Notes under the pieces: model-generated
Told to the model about the DNA's origin: nothing
Seen by the model: only the letters and a program-made list of their open reading frames with translations
Databases searched by the model: none
Part shown: positions 1 through 7,689 of the stretch, in pieces
Layout of the letters: every line of letters starts with the position of its first letter
Position numbering within the stretch: the first letter of the stretch is position 1
Source of the DNA: a virus
Lineage: Duplodnaviria; Heunggongvirae; Uroviricota; Caudoviricetes
Direction: 5' to 3' (one strand)
IMG/VR virus record: IMGVR_UViG_2563366807_000006
DNA: 9,525 nt
Position numbers and translations under genes: made by a program

Positions 1-621
1 GAGCCGGAGGCGTATTTTCGTATCGCACCGGAAGACTGGCTGCGGGCAGAGATGCAGGGGGAGATTGTGGCACTGGTCCACAGTCATCCCGGTGGGCTGC
101 CCTGGCTGAGCGAGGCTGACCGGCGGCTGCAGATAAAAAGCGCACTGCCCTGGTGGCTGGTCTGCCGGGGTGACATTCACAAATTCCGCTGTGTGCCACA
201 TCTGACGGGACGGCGCTTTGAGCACGGGGTGACGGACTGTTACACGCTGTTCCGGGATGCTTATCATCTGGCGGGGACTGAAATGCCGGATTTTCATCGC
301 GAGGATGACTGGTGGCGCAACGGTCAGAACCTTTACCTGGACAATATGGCGGTCACCGGCTTTTACCGGGTGCCCCTGTCCTCTGCACAGGCGGGCGATA
401 TTCTGCTGTGCTGCTTTGGTGCTTCGGTACCGAACCATGCCGCCATTTACTGCGGCAACGGTGAGCTGCTTCACCATCTGCCTGAACAACTGAGTAAACG
501 GGAGAGGTATTCCGAAAAATGGCAACGACGAACGCATTCTGTCTGGCGTCACCGCCACTGGCACGCATCTGCCTTCACGGGGATTTACAACGATTTGGCC
601 GCCGCCTCAGCCTGTATGTGA
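1..621 (+). CDS. K: Phage tail tip assembly protein K (5'-partial); JAB/MPN metalloprotease-like N-domain plus NlpC/P60-like C-domain
   Basis: Frame 1 is open from nt 1 (EPEAYFRIAPEDWLRAEMQGEIVALVHSHPGGLPWLSEAD...) to TGA at 619-621, so the true start is upstream of the window (the ORF track begins at an internal Met at 52). A perfect JAMM motif HxHx7Sx2D (HSHPGGLPWLSEAD) sits at nt 79-120. The C-terminal half has a Cys (GVTDCYTLF) and a His (PNHAAIY) as expected for an NlpC/P60 fold. The overall sequence is recognisably lambda gpK-like from memory. Confidence 0.88.
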   Translation, partial: EPEAYFRIAPEDWLRAEMQGEIVALVHSHPGGLPWLSEADRRLQIKSALPWWLVCRGDIHKFRCVPHLTGRRFEHGVTDCYTLFRDAYHLAGTEMPDFHREDDWWRNGQNLYLDNMAVTGFYRVPLSSAQAGDILLCCFGASVPNHAAIYCGNGELLHHLPEQLSKRERYSEKWQRRTHSVWRHRHWHASAFTGIYNDLAAASACM

Positions 622-1199
622 ACACGGCAGCGGAAGCCATCCGCGCGCTGTCGTTACAGGTGCCGGGCTTTCGCCGTCAGATGAACGAAGGCTGGTACCA
701 GATACGTATTGCCGGTTATGACACGGCACCGGAGGCGGTGTACGCCCGTCTTCACGAACAGCTGGGTGAGGGAACGGTCATCCATATTGTGCCGCGACTG
801 GCCGGGGCCGGAAAGGGTGGACTGCAGATTGTGCTGGGGGCGGCAGCCATCGTGGGCTCTTTCTTCACTGCCGGGGCATCAATGGCGTTATGGGGTTCAG
901 CCCTGGCAGCCGGTGGTTTTTCTGCCACCACGATGCTGTTTTCACTTGGAGCCAGCATGATTCTGGGCGGTGTGGCCCAGATGCTGGCCCCGAAGGCAAA
1001 AACACCGGATTACCGCGCAACGGATAACGGCAGACAGAACACGTACTTTTCCTCGCTGGATAACATGATTGCCCAGGGGAACCCGATGCCGGTGCCTTAC
1101 GGGGAAATGCTGGTTGGCTCCCGCCGTATATCCCAGGACATCAGCACCCGTGATGAAGGCGGGGGCGGAAAGGTCGTGGTTATCGGGCGGCAGGGGTAA
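519..1199 (+). CDS. I: Phage tail assembly protein I
   Basis: 226-aa ORF starting at ATG 519 and overlapping the 3' end of K by 103 nt in another frame, the same K/I overlap as in phage lambda. Sequence (ARICLHGDLQRFGRR..., Gly/Ala-rich hydrophobic middle, ...NTYFSSLDNM..VPYGEM..GSRRISQDISTRDEGGGGKVVVIGR) is recognisably lambda gpI-like. Stop TAA at 1197-1199. Confidence 0.9.
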   Translation: MATTNAFCLASPPLARICLHGDLQRFGRRLSLYVNTAAEAIRALSLQVPGFRRQMNEGWYQIRIAGYDTAPEAVYARLHEQLGEGTVIHIVPRLAGAGKGGLQIVLGAAAIVGSFFTAGASMALWGSALAAGGFSATTMLFSLGASMILGGVAQMLAPKAKTPDYRATDNGRQNTYFSSLDNMIAQGNPMPVPYGEMLVGSRRISQDISTRDEGGGGKVVVIGRQG

Positions 1200-1213
1200 A
1201 AAGAATAAAAAAA

Positions 1214-1245
1214 TCCCGCAGTGATCGCGGACAGGAACTGCGGGA
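1214..1245 (-). terminator. Candidate intrinsic terminator read on the minus strand
   Basis: Inverted repeat TCCCGCAGT (1214-1222) / ACTGCGGGA (1237-1245) with a 14-nt loop. On the + strand it is preceded by an A-run (AAAAAGAATAAAAAAA, 1197-1213), which is a T-run immediately following the hairpin when read on the minus strand. No T-tract follows it on the + strand. Confidence 0.3.
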
Positions 1246-1407
1246 GAGTTACGAAGATTAAGTGTAAGGAATTATTCTTATATCACGACAAAAAAATTAA
1301 CGCAGAGAAATTATACGCGCCACAGTCAGTTTGTGAAAATGTGAAGATATTCAGAATTTTTATGCCATTACCGGTTTTAACCAACAGGATTATCGGTGGG
1401 CATGAAA

Positions 1408-1445
1408 GAAAACCCCGGTATCTGCTGATACCGGGGTTTCTCTTT
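1408..1445. terminator. Strong GC-rich stem-loop with T-rich flanks on both sides (terminator-like, orientation ambiguous)
   Basis: AACCCCGGTAT (1411-1421) - CTGCTG loop - ATACCGGGGTT (1428-1438) is a perfect 11-bp stem. It is followed on the + strand by TCTCTTT and preceded by GAAAGAAAA, which is T-rich when read on the minus strand. Confidence 0.35.
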
Positions 1446-1542
1446 AGCATGGCAGAAATGTGTTTCATGCTTTTCGGGCGAAGGATATCCGACTTCTGTA
1501 CGGAATGGCAAGTGGCGGTTAATTTATTCAGGGGAAGGCTGT

Positions 1543-4500
1543 ATGGGAAAAGGTGGCGGTAAGGCACACACGCCTCGTGAGGCGAAGGATAATCTCAAAT
1601 CCACGCAGATGATGAGCGTGATTGATGCGATTGGTGAGGGACCGATAGAAGGTCCGGTGAAGGGACTGCAGAGTATCCTGGTGAACAAAACCCCGCTGAC
1701 GGACACGGACGGTAATCCCGTGATACACGGTGTGACGGCGGTCTGGCGCGCCGGGGAGCAGGAGCAGACACCACCGGAAGGCTTTGAGTCCTCCGGTGCT
1801 GAAACCGGACTGGGCGTGGAAGTGACGAAGGCAAAACCGGTGACGCGCACCATTACGTCCGCGAACATTGACCGCCTGCGGGTTACCTTCGGGGTGCAGT
1901 CACTGGTGGAGACCACCTCAAAGGGTGACCGTAACCCGGCATCCGTCCGCCTGCTGATTCAGTTACAGCGTAACGGTAACTGGGTGACAGAAAAGGACGT
2001 CACCATTAACGGCAAGACCACCTCACAGTTCCTGGCCTCGGTGATTCTGGATAATCTGCCTCCCCGGCCCTTTAACATCCGGATGGTCAGGGAGACGGCG
2101 GACAGCACCACGGACCAGCTGCAGAATAAGACGCTGTGGTCGTCATACACCGAAATCATCGATGTGAAACAGTGCTACCCGAACACGGCCATTGTGGGGC
2201 TGCAGGTGGATGCGGAGCAGTTCGGCGGCCAGCAGATGACGGTGAACTACCATATCCGCGGTCGCATCATCCAGGTGCCGTCAAACTATGACCCGGAAAA
2301 ACGCACGTATAGTGGTATCTGGGACGGCAGTCTGAAACCGGCATACAGCAACAACCCGGCCTGGTGCCTGTGGGACATGCTGACTCACCCGCGCTACGGC
2401 ATGGGAAAACGTCTGGGGGCGGCGGATGTGGACAAGTGGGCGCTGTATGCCATCGGGCAGTACTGCGACCAGACGGTCCCGGATGGTTTCGGGGGGACCG
2501 AGCCGCGGATGACCTTTAATGCGTACCTGGCACAACAGCGTAAGGCGTGGGACGTTCTCAGTGATTTCTGCTCTGCGATGCGCTGTATGCCGGTATGGAA
2601 CGGTCAGACGCTGACGTTCGTTCAGGACCGCCCGTCGGATGTGGTGTGGCCGTACACCAACAGCGATGTGGTGGTGGATGATAACGGCGTGGGATTCCGC
2701 TACAGCTTCAGTGCCCTGAAGGACCGGCACACGGCGGTGGAGGTGAATTACACCGACCCGCAGAACGGCTGGCAGACCTCCACGGAACTGGTGGAAGACC
2801 CGGAAGCCATACTGCGCTACGGACGCAACCTGCTGAAGATGGACGCGTTCGGCTGTACCAGCCGCGGTCAGGCCCACCGTGCCGGACTGTGGGTGATAAA
2901 GACCGAACTGCTGGAAACGCAGACGGTGGATTTCACGCTCGGGTCTCAGGGGCTGCGTCACACACCCGGTGACATCATTGAAATCTGTGATAATGACTAT
3001 GCCGGGACCCTGACCGGCGGACGTGTCCTGTCCATCGATGCCGCCAGCCGTACCCTGACGCTGGACCGGGAGGTGACACTGCCGGAGACCGGCACGGCCA
3101 CTGTTAATCTGATTAACGGCAGCGGTAAGCCGGCGAGTGTGGACATCACCGCACACCCCGCGCCGGACCGGATACAGGTCAGTACCCTGCCTGATGGTGT
3201 GGAGACATACGGTGTGTGGGGACTCTCCCTGCCGTCACTGCGTCGTCGCCTGTTCCGCTGTGTCTCCATCCGGGAAAACACGGACGGCACCTTTGCCATC
3301 ACGGCGGTGCAGCACGTACCGGAAAAAGAAGCCATCGTGGATAACGGTGCCCGCTTTGAGCCGCAGTCAGGTTCCCTGAACAGCGTCATCCCACCGGCAG
3401 TGCAGCACCTGACGGTGGAGGTGAGCGCAGCTGACGGCCAGTATCTGGCGCAGGCGAAATGGGACACGCCGCGGGTGGTGAAGGGTGTGCGCTTCAGTCT
3501 GCGCCTGACCAGTGGTAAGGGAACGGATGCCAGACTGGTGACCACCGCCATCACCGCAGACACGGAGCACCGTTTCAGCGGCCTGCCACTGGGGGAATAC
3601 ACCCTGACGGTGCGGGCGATAAACAGCTGCTACGGCATGGGAAAACGTCTGGGGGCGGCGGATGTGGACAAGTGGGCGCTGTATGCCATCGGGCAGTACT
3701 GCGACCAGACGGTCCCGGATGGTTTCGGGGGGACCGAGCCGCGGATGACCTTTAATGCGTACCTGGCACAACAGCGTAAGGCGTGGGACGTTCTCAGTGA
3801 TTTCTGCTCTGCGATGCGCTGTATGCCGGTATGGAACGGCCAGACGCTGACGTTCGTTCAGGACCGTCCGTCGGATGTGGTGTGGCCGTACACCAACAGC
3901 GATGTGGTGGTGGATGATAACGGCGTGGGTTTCCGCTACAGCTTCAGTGCCCTGAAGGACCGGCACACGGCAGTGGAGGTGAATTACACCGACCCGCAGA
4001 ACGGCTGGCAGACCTCCACGGAACTGGTGGAAGACCCGGAAGCCATACTGCGCTACGGACGCAACCTGCTGAAGATGGACGCGTTCGGCTGTACCAGCCG
4101 CGGTCAGGCCCACCGTGCCGGACTGTGGGTGATAAAGACCGAACTGCTGGAAACGCAGACGGTGGATTTCACGCTCGGGTCTCAGGGGCTGCGGCACACA
4201 CCCGGTGACATTATTGAAATCTGTGATAATGACTATGCCGGGACCCTGACCGGCGGACGTGTCCTGTCCATTGATGCTGCCACCCGCACCCTGACGCTGG
4301 ACCGTGAGGTTACCCTGCCGGAGACAGGTACATCGGCGGTGAACCTGATTAACGGCAGCGGTAAGCCGGTGAGTGTGGACATCACCGCACACCCCGCGCC
4401 GGACCGGATACAGGTCAGTACCCTGCCTGATGGTGTGGAGACATACGGGGTGTGGGGACTCTCCCTGCCGTCACTGCGCCGTCGCCTGTTCCGCTGTGTC

Positions 4501-4746
4501 TCCATCCGGGAAAACACGGACGGCACCTTTGCCATCACGGCGGTGCAGCACGTACCGGAAAAAGAAGCCATCGTGGATAACGGTGCCCGCTTTGAGCCGC
4601 AGTCAGGTTCCCTGAACAGCGTCATCCCACCGGCAGTGCAGCACCTGACGGTGGAGGTGAGCGCAGCTGACGGCCAGTATCTGGCGCAGGCGATGTGGTG
4701 GTGGATGATAACGGCGTGGGATTCCGCTACAGCTTCAGTGCCCTGA
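1543..4746 (+). CDS. J: Host specificity protein J (central tail fibre / tail tip), N-terminal portion with an internal tandem duplication; reading frame ends after a frameshifting junction at about 4690-4693
   Basis: ATG 1543 is preceded by GGGGAAGG (RBS). The N-terminus [39 protein letters not shown]... and downstream blocks ([70 protein letters not shown]) are recognisably lambda gpJ-like. The ORF runs 1067 aa; the last 18 codons ([17 protein letters not shown]) are out-of-frame read-through of the third repeat copy. Confidence 0.85.
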   Translation: MGKGGGKAHTPREAKDNLKSTQMMSVIDAIGEGPIEGPVKGLQSILVNKTPLTDTDGNPVIHGVTAVWRAGEQEQTPPEGFESSGAETGLGVEVTKAKPVTRTITSANIDRLRVTFGVQSLVETTSKGDRNPASVRLLIQLQRNGNWVTEKDVTINGKTTSQFLASVILDNLPPRPFNIRMVRETADSTTDQLQNKTLWSSYTEIIDVKQCYPNTAIVGLQVDAEQFGGQQMTVNYHIRGRIIQVPSNYDPEKRTYSGIWDGSLKPAYSNNPAWCLWDMLTHPRYGMGKRLGAADVDKWALYAIGQYCDQTVPDGFGGTEPRMTFNAYLAQQRKAWDVLSDFCSAMRCMPVWNGQTLTFVQDRPSDVVWPYTNSDVVVDDNGVGFRYSFSALKDRHTAVEVNYTDPQNGWQTSTELVEDPEAILRYGRNLLKMDAFGCTSRGQAHRAGLWVIKTELLETQTVDFTLGSQGLRHTPGDIIEICDNDYAGTLTGGRVLSIDAASRTLTLDREVTLPETGTATVNLINGSGKPASVDITAHPAPDRIQVSTLPDGVETYGVWGLSLPSLRRRLFRCVSIRENTDGTFAITAVQHVPEKEAIVDNGARFEPQSGSLNSVIPPAVQHLTVEVSAADGQYLAQAKWDTPRVVKGVRFSLRLTSGKGTDARLVTTAITADTEHRFSGLPLGEYTLTVRAINSCYGMGKRLGAADVDKWALYAIGQYCDQTVPDGFGGTEPRMTFNAYLAQQRKAWDVLSDFCSAMRCMPVWNGQTLTFVQDRPSDVVWPYTNSDVVVDDNGVGFRYSFSALKDRHTAVEVNYTDPQNGWQTSTELVEDPEAILRYGRNLLKMDAFGCTSRGQAHRAGLWVIKTELLETQTVDFTLGSQGLRHTPGDIIEICDNDYAGTLTGGRVLSIDAATRTLTLDREVTLPETGTSAVNLINGSGKPVSVDITAHPAPDRIQVSTLPDGVETYGVWGLSLPSLRRRLFRCVSIRENTDGTFAITAVQHVPEKEAIVDNGARFEPQSGSLNSVIPPAVQHLTVEVSAADGQYLAQAMWWWMITAWDSATASVP
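2393..3628 (+). repeat. J internal repeat unit, copy 1 (complete, 1236 bp = 412 codons)
   Basis: Sequence from GCTACGGCATGGGAAAACG (2393) through ...GCGGGCGATAAACAGCT (3628) recurs starting at 3629 at about 99% identity. At protein level it spans [15 protein letters not shown]...[12 protein letters not shown]. Confidence 0.9.
3629..4692 (+). repeat. J internal repeat unit, copy 2 (partial, unit positions 1 to about 1064; in frame with copy 1)
   Basis: Offset of 1236 nt from copy 1. The junction retains an extra in-frame GCT (Cys) codon, giving ...[14 protein letters not shown].... The few nucleotide and amino-acid differences from copy 1 (e.g. AASRTLT vs AATRTLT; [21 protein letters not shown] vs [21 protein letters not shown]) show the copies are not identical. 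It ends at ...GQYLAQA. Confidence 0.88.
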
Positions 4747-5655
4747 AGGACCGGCACACGGCGGTGGAGGTGAATTACACCGACCCGCAGAACGGCTGGC
4801 AGACCTCCACGGAACTGGTGGAAGACCCGGAAGCCATACTGCGCTACGGACGCAACCTGCTGAAGATGGACGCGTTCGGCTGTACCAGCCGCGGTCAGGC
4901 CCACCGTGCCGGGCTGTGGGTGATAAAGACCGAACTGCTGGAAACGCAGACGGTGGATTTCACGCTCGGGTCACAGGGGCTGCGTCACACACCCGGTGAC
5001 ATCATTGAAATCTGTGATAACGACTATGCCGGGACCATGACCGGCGGACGTGTCCTGTCCATCGATGCCGCCAGCCGTACCCTGACGCTGGACCGGGAGG
5101 TGACACTGCCGGAGACCGGCACGGCCACTGTTAATCTGATTAACGGCAGCGGTAAGCCGGCGAGCGTGGCCATCACCGCACACCCCGCGCCTGACCGGAT
5201 ACAGGTCAGCACCCTGCCGGATGGTGTGGAGACATACGGTGTGTGGGGACTCTCCCTGCCGTCACTGCGTCGTCGCCTGTTCCGCTGTGTCTCCATCCGG
5301 GAAAACACGGACGGCACCTTTGCCATCACGGCGGTGCAGCACGTACCTGAAAAAGAAGCCATCGTGGATAACGGGGCCCGCTTTGAGCCGCAGTCAGGCA
5401 CCCTGAACAGCGTTATCCCACCGGCAGTGCAGCACCTGACGGTGGAGGTGAGCGCAGCTGACGGCCAGTATCTGGCGCAGGCTAAATGGGACACGCCGCG
5501 GGTGGTGAAGGGCGTGCGCTTCAGTCTGCGCCTGACCAGTGGTAAGGGAACGGATGCCAGACTGGTGACCACCGCCATCACCGCAGACACGGAGCACCGT
5601 TTCAGCGGCCTGCCACTGGGGGAATACACCCTGACGGTGCGGGCCATTAACAGCT
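4693..5655 (+). repeat. J internal repeat unit, copy 3 (partial, unit positions about 274-1236; -1 frame relative to the upstream J frame)
   Basis: Begins at ATGTGGTGGTGGATGATAACGGC, corresponding to copy 1 position about 2666, and continues to the unit end (..TVRAINS) before passing directly into the unique J 3' region ([12 protein letters not shown]...). The offset from copy 1 is 2027 nt, which is not a multiple of 3. It carries its own variants (AGTMTGG, ASVAIT, SGTLNSV). Confidence 0.88.
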
Positions 5656-7262
5656 ACGGCCAGCAGGGCGAACCTGCGACCACCACCTTCCGGATTGCCG
5701 CACCGGCAGCACCGTCGCGGATTGAGCTGACGCCGGGGTATTTTCAGATAACGGCGGTCCCGCGTCTTGCGGTGTATGACCCGACGGTACAGTTTGAATT
5801 CTGGTTCTCAGAAAAACGCATCACGAACACGGCACAGGTGGAAAAATCTGCCCGTTATCTGGGGACCGGCAGTCAGTGGACTGTCCAGGGGAGCCGGATT
5901 AAGCCGGGGACGGATTTCTGGTTTTACGTGCGAAGCGTCAACCTGGTGGGAAAATCTGCTTTTGTGGAAGCCAGCGGGCAGCCCAGCAATGATGGTGAAG
6001 GGTATCTGGAAATTTTCCGGGGGCTGATAGATGAGACGCTTCTGGGCCAGGCACTGAAAGAGCGCATTGATGCTTCAGCGCTGCGTACGGAGGTCACGCA
6101 ACTGGAAGAAGACATCCGTCAGCGGATGGACACGGATATCGCAGAAGTGACCCGGAAAATCGGGAAGGCGGAAAACAGCCTCACGCAGCTGGTTGCGAAA
6201 AAGAATGAGGACCAGACACTGGCCATCGCGCAGGTGAGCCAGAAAGTGGACCGGGTGAGCAGTGAAATCTCACAGACTGTCAGCCAGGGGCAGTCAGAAA
6301 ACGCCCGACAGATAGCACAGGTCCGCCAGTACGTGGATAAAAAAGGGAGTGAAATTACCTCGACCACGGATAAAAAGCTGGGTGACCAGGCCGTGACCAT
6401 ACAGCAAATCCAGCGGGTTCAGTCAGACACGCGCAATGAGCTGAATGCCATGTATATGCTGAAGGTGCAGAAAACAAAAAACGGTATTCCCTATGTGGCC
6501 GGGATTGGTGCGGGGATTGAGGATGTTGATGGTCAGACGCTGAGCAGTATTCTGCTGCAGGCGGACCGTATCGCGATGATTACCCCGGAGAATGGCAACA
6601 CCACGCCGCTGTTTGTGGCGCAGGGGAATCAGCTGTTCATGAACGACGTGTTCCTGAAGCGACTGTTTGCGGTGAGCATCACGTCATCCGGCAATCCTCC
6701 TACGTTTTCCCTGACGCCGGATGGCAGGCTGACAGCCCGCAATGCGGATATCAGTGGAGCCATCACGGCGAATACCGGCACGCTCAATAATGTCACCATT
6801 AACGAGAACTGTGTCATCAGAGGGAAACTGTCTGCAAACCAGATTGAAGGCGATCTCGTTAAAACAGTGGGTAAGGCTTTCCCCCGTGACTCCCGTGCAC
6901 CGGAGCGTTGGCCATCAGGAACCATTACCGTCAGGGTTTATGACGATCAGCCGTTTAACCGGCAGATTGTTATTCCGGCGGTGGCTTTCAGCGGTGCCAG
7001 ACATGAGCGGGAGAACAGCGATACTTATTCGTCATGCCGCCTGATAGTACGGAAAAACGGTGCTGAAATTTATAACCGTACCGCGCTGGATAATACGCTG
7101 ATTTACAGTGGTGTTATTGATATGCCTGCTGGTCGCGGCCACATGACGCTGGAGTTTTCTGTATCAGCATGGTGGGTAAATGGCTGGTATCCCACAGCAA
7201 GTATCAGCGATTTGCTGGTTGTTGTGATGAAGAAAGCCACTGCAGGCATCACGATTAGCTGA
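4695..7262 (+). CDS. J: Host specificity protein J, C-terminal portion (repeat copy 3, Fn3-like region, coiled-coil region, C-terminal receptor-binding region), 'cassette A'; probably the downstream half of a frameshifted J rather than an independent gene
   Basis: 855-aa ORF opening at GTG 4695, 2 nt after the copy 2/copy 3 junction, with no strong RBS (only a weak AGG at 4688-4690). Contains [21 protein letters not shown]...[10 protein letters not shown]...[16 protein letters not shown] (Fn3-like), a long heptad-like coiled-coil stretch (about 6040-6450), and a C-terminal block ...[24 protein letters not shown]...[29 protein letters not shown]... ending ..[10 protein letters not shown]; TGA at 7260-7262. 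Confidence 0.8.
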   Translation: MVVDDNGVGFRYSFSALKDRHTAVEVNYTDPQNGWQTSTELVEDPEAILRYGRNLLKMDAFGCTSRGQAHRAGLWVIKTELLETQTVDFTLGSQGLRHTPGDIIEICDNDYAGTMTGGRVLSIDAASRTLTLDREVTLPETGTATVNLINGSGKPASVAITAHPAPDRIQVSTLPDGVETYGVWGLSLPSLRRRLFRCVSIRENTDGTFAITAVQHVPEKEAIVDNGARFEPQSGTLNSVIPPAVQHLTVEVSAADGQYLAQAKWDTPRVVKGVRFSLRLTSGKGTDARLVTTAITADTEHRFSGLPLGEYTLTVRAINSYGQQGEPATTTFRIAAPAAPSRIELTPGYFQITAVPRLAVYDPTVQFEFWFSEKRITNTAQVEKSARYLGTGSQWTVQGSRIKPGTDFWFYVRSVNLVGKSAFVEASGQPSNDGEGYLEIFRGLIDETLLGQALKERIDASALRTEVTQLEEDIRQRMDTDIAEVTRKIGKAENSLTQLVAKKNEDQTLAIAQVSQKVDRVSSEISQTVSQGQSENARQIAQVRQYVDKKGSEITSTTDKKLGDQAVTIQQIQRVQSDTRNELNAMYMLKVQKTKNGIPYVAGIGAGIEDVDGQTLSSILLQADRIAMITPENGNTTPLFVAQGNQLFMNDVFLKRLFAVSITSSGNPPTFSLTPDGRLTARNADISGAITANTGTLNNVTINENCVIRGKLSANQIEGDLVKTVGKAFPRDSRAPERWPSGTITVRVYDDQPFNRQIVIPAVAFSGARHERENSDTYSSCRLIVRKNGAEIYNRTALDNTLIYSGVIDMPAGRGHMTLEFSVSAWWVNGWYPTASISDLLVVVMKKATAGITIS

Positions 7263-7683
7263 ATTTTATAACCCCAATACGGGCGCCAGAAATGGCGCCT
7301 TTTTTATTGCAGAAAAGCGAGAGGTAATTATGCGTAAAGTTTGTGCAGCCATTTTGTCCGCAGCCATCTGTCTGTCCGTATCCGGTGCGCCTGCATGGGC
7401 GTCTGAACATCAGCCCACACTGAGCGCGGGGTATCTTCATGCCCGTACGAACGCTCCCGGCAGCGATAATCTGAACGGGATTAACGTGAAATACCGTTAT
7501 GAGTTTACGGACGCGCTGGGGCTGATTACGTCCTTCAGTTATGCCAATGCTGAGGATGAGCAAAAAACGCACTACAGCGATACCCGCTGGCATGAAGATT
7601 CCGTGCGTAACCGCTGGTTCAGCGTGATGGCGGGGCCGTCTGTACGCGTGAATGAATGGTTCAGCGCGTATGCGATGGTGGGT
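5503..7683 (+). repeat. Segmental duplication unit A (J 3' portion - terminator - lom 5' portion), period about 2181 bp
   Basis: 5503-5750 is near-identical to 7684-7930, and about 6800-7683 is about 90-95% identical to 8760-9525 (the 7281-7307 terminator and lom start recur at 9243-9269 and 9292). The central part is divergent with a net 219-nt length difference. Confidence 0.85.
7281..7307 (+). terminator. Rho-independent terminator downstream of J cassette A
   Basis: GGCGCCA (7282-7288) - GAAA - TGGCGCC (7293-7299) followed by TTTTTTATT. Confidence 0.8.
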
Positions 7684-7689
7684 TGGTGA
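7330..7689 (+). pseudogene. lom: Lom/Ail-family outer membrane protein, 3'-truncated at codon 119 by the duplication junction (lom copy A)
   Basis: RBS GAGAGG 6 nt upstream of ATG 7330. Signal-peptide-like N-terminus MRKVCAAILSAAICLSVSGAPAWA, followed by ...LNGINVKYRYEFTDALG...RNRWFSVMAGP..SAYAM, which matches Lom/Ail beta-barrel proteins as I recall them. Full-length Lom is about 200 aa; here TGA is created at 7687-7689 exactly where J-derived sequence (GTGAAGGGCGTGCGCTTCAGT) begins. Confidence 0.75.

Larger units (their letters stand above)
1200..1542. other. AT-rich 343-bp I-J intergenic spacer of unknown function (possible small moron, sRNA or regulatory insert)
   Basis: Lies between the I stop (1199) and the J start (1543). 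It is visibly AT-rich (especially about 1250-1400) compared with the GC-rich flanking tail genes and contains two strong hairpins. In lambda, as I recall it, the I-J gap is only a few tens of nt. The only ORFs (1221..1562 +, 1283..1567 -) lack a convincing RBS and run through the hairpins. Confidence 0.5.

Noticed and set aside
257-960. Short ORFs inside K and I (257..493 +, 353..568 -, 709..960 +, 752..958 -)
   Set aside because: Alternate-frame or antisense ORFs wholly embedded in well-supported K and I coding sequence; no independent signals.
1221-1567. ORFs in the I-J spacer (1221..1562 +, 1283..1567 -)
   Set aside because: No convincing RBS; the + ORF begins inside one hairpin and reads through the other, and the - ORF starts inside J. 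The region is flagged as an unusual spacer but not called as protein-coding.
2281-5647. Series of long minus-strand ORFs (2281..3156, 2997..3602, 3367..4392, 4233..4904, 4971..5183, 5024..5647) with near-identical translations
   Set aside because: They are antisense to the GC-rich J coding sequence, have Arg/Ala/Pro-rich low-complexity translations and no RBS, and their similarity to each other simply mirrors the J internal repeats. Judged as spurious antisense ORFs.
5767-7044. Small ORFs in alternate frames within J cassette A and B (5767..6027 +, 5924..6115 -, 6119..6400 -, 6629..6925 -, 6742..7044 +, 8128..8406 +, 8591..8887 -, 8728..9006 +)
   Set aside because: Embedded in J coding sequence in other frames or antisense; pairs recur only because of the segmental duplication.
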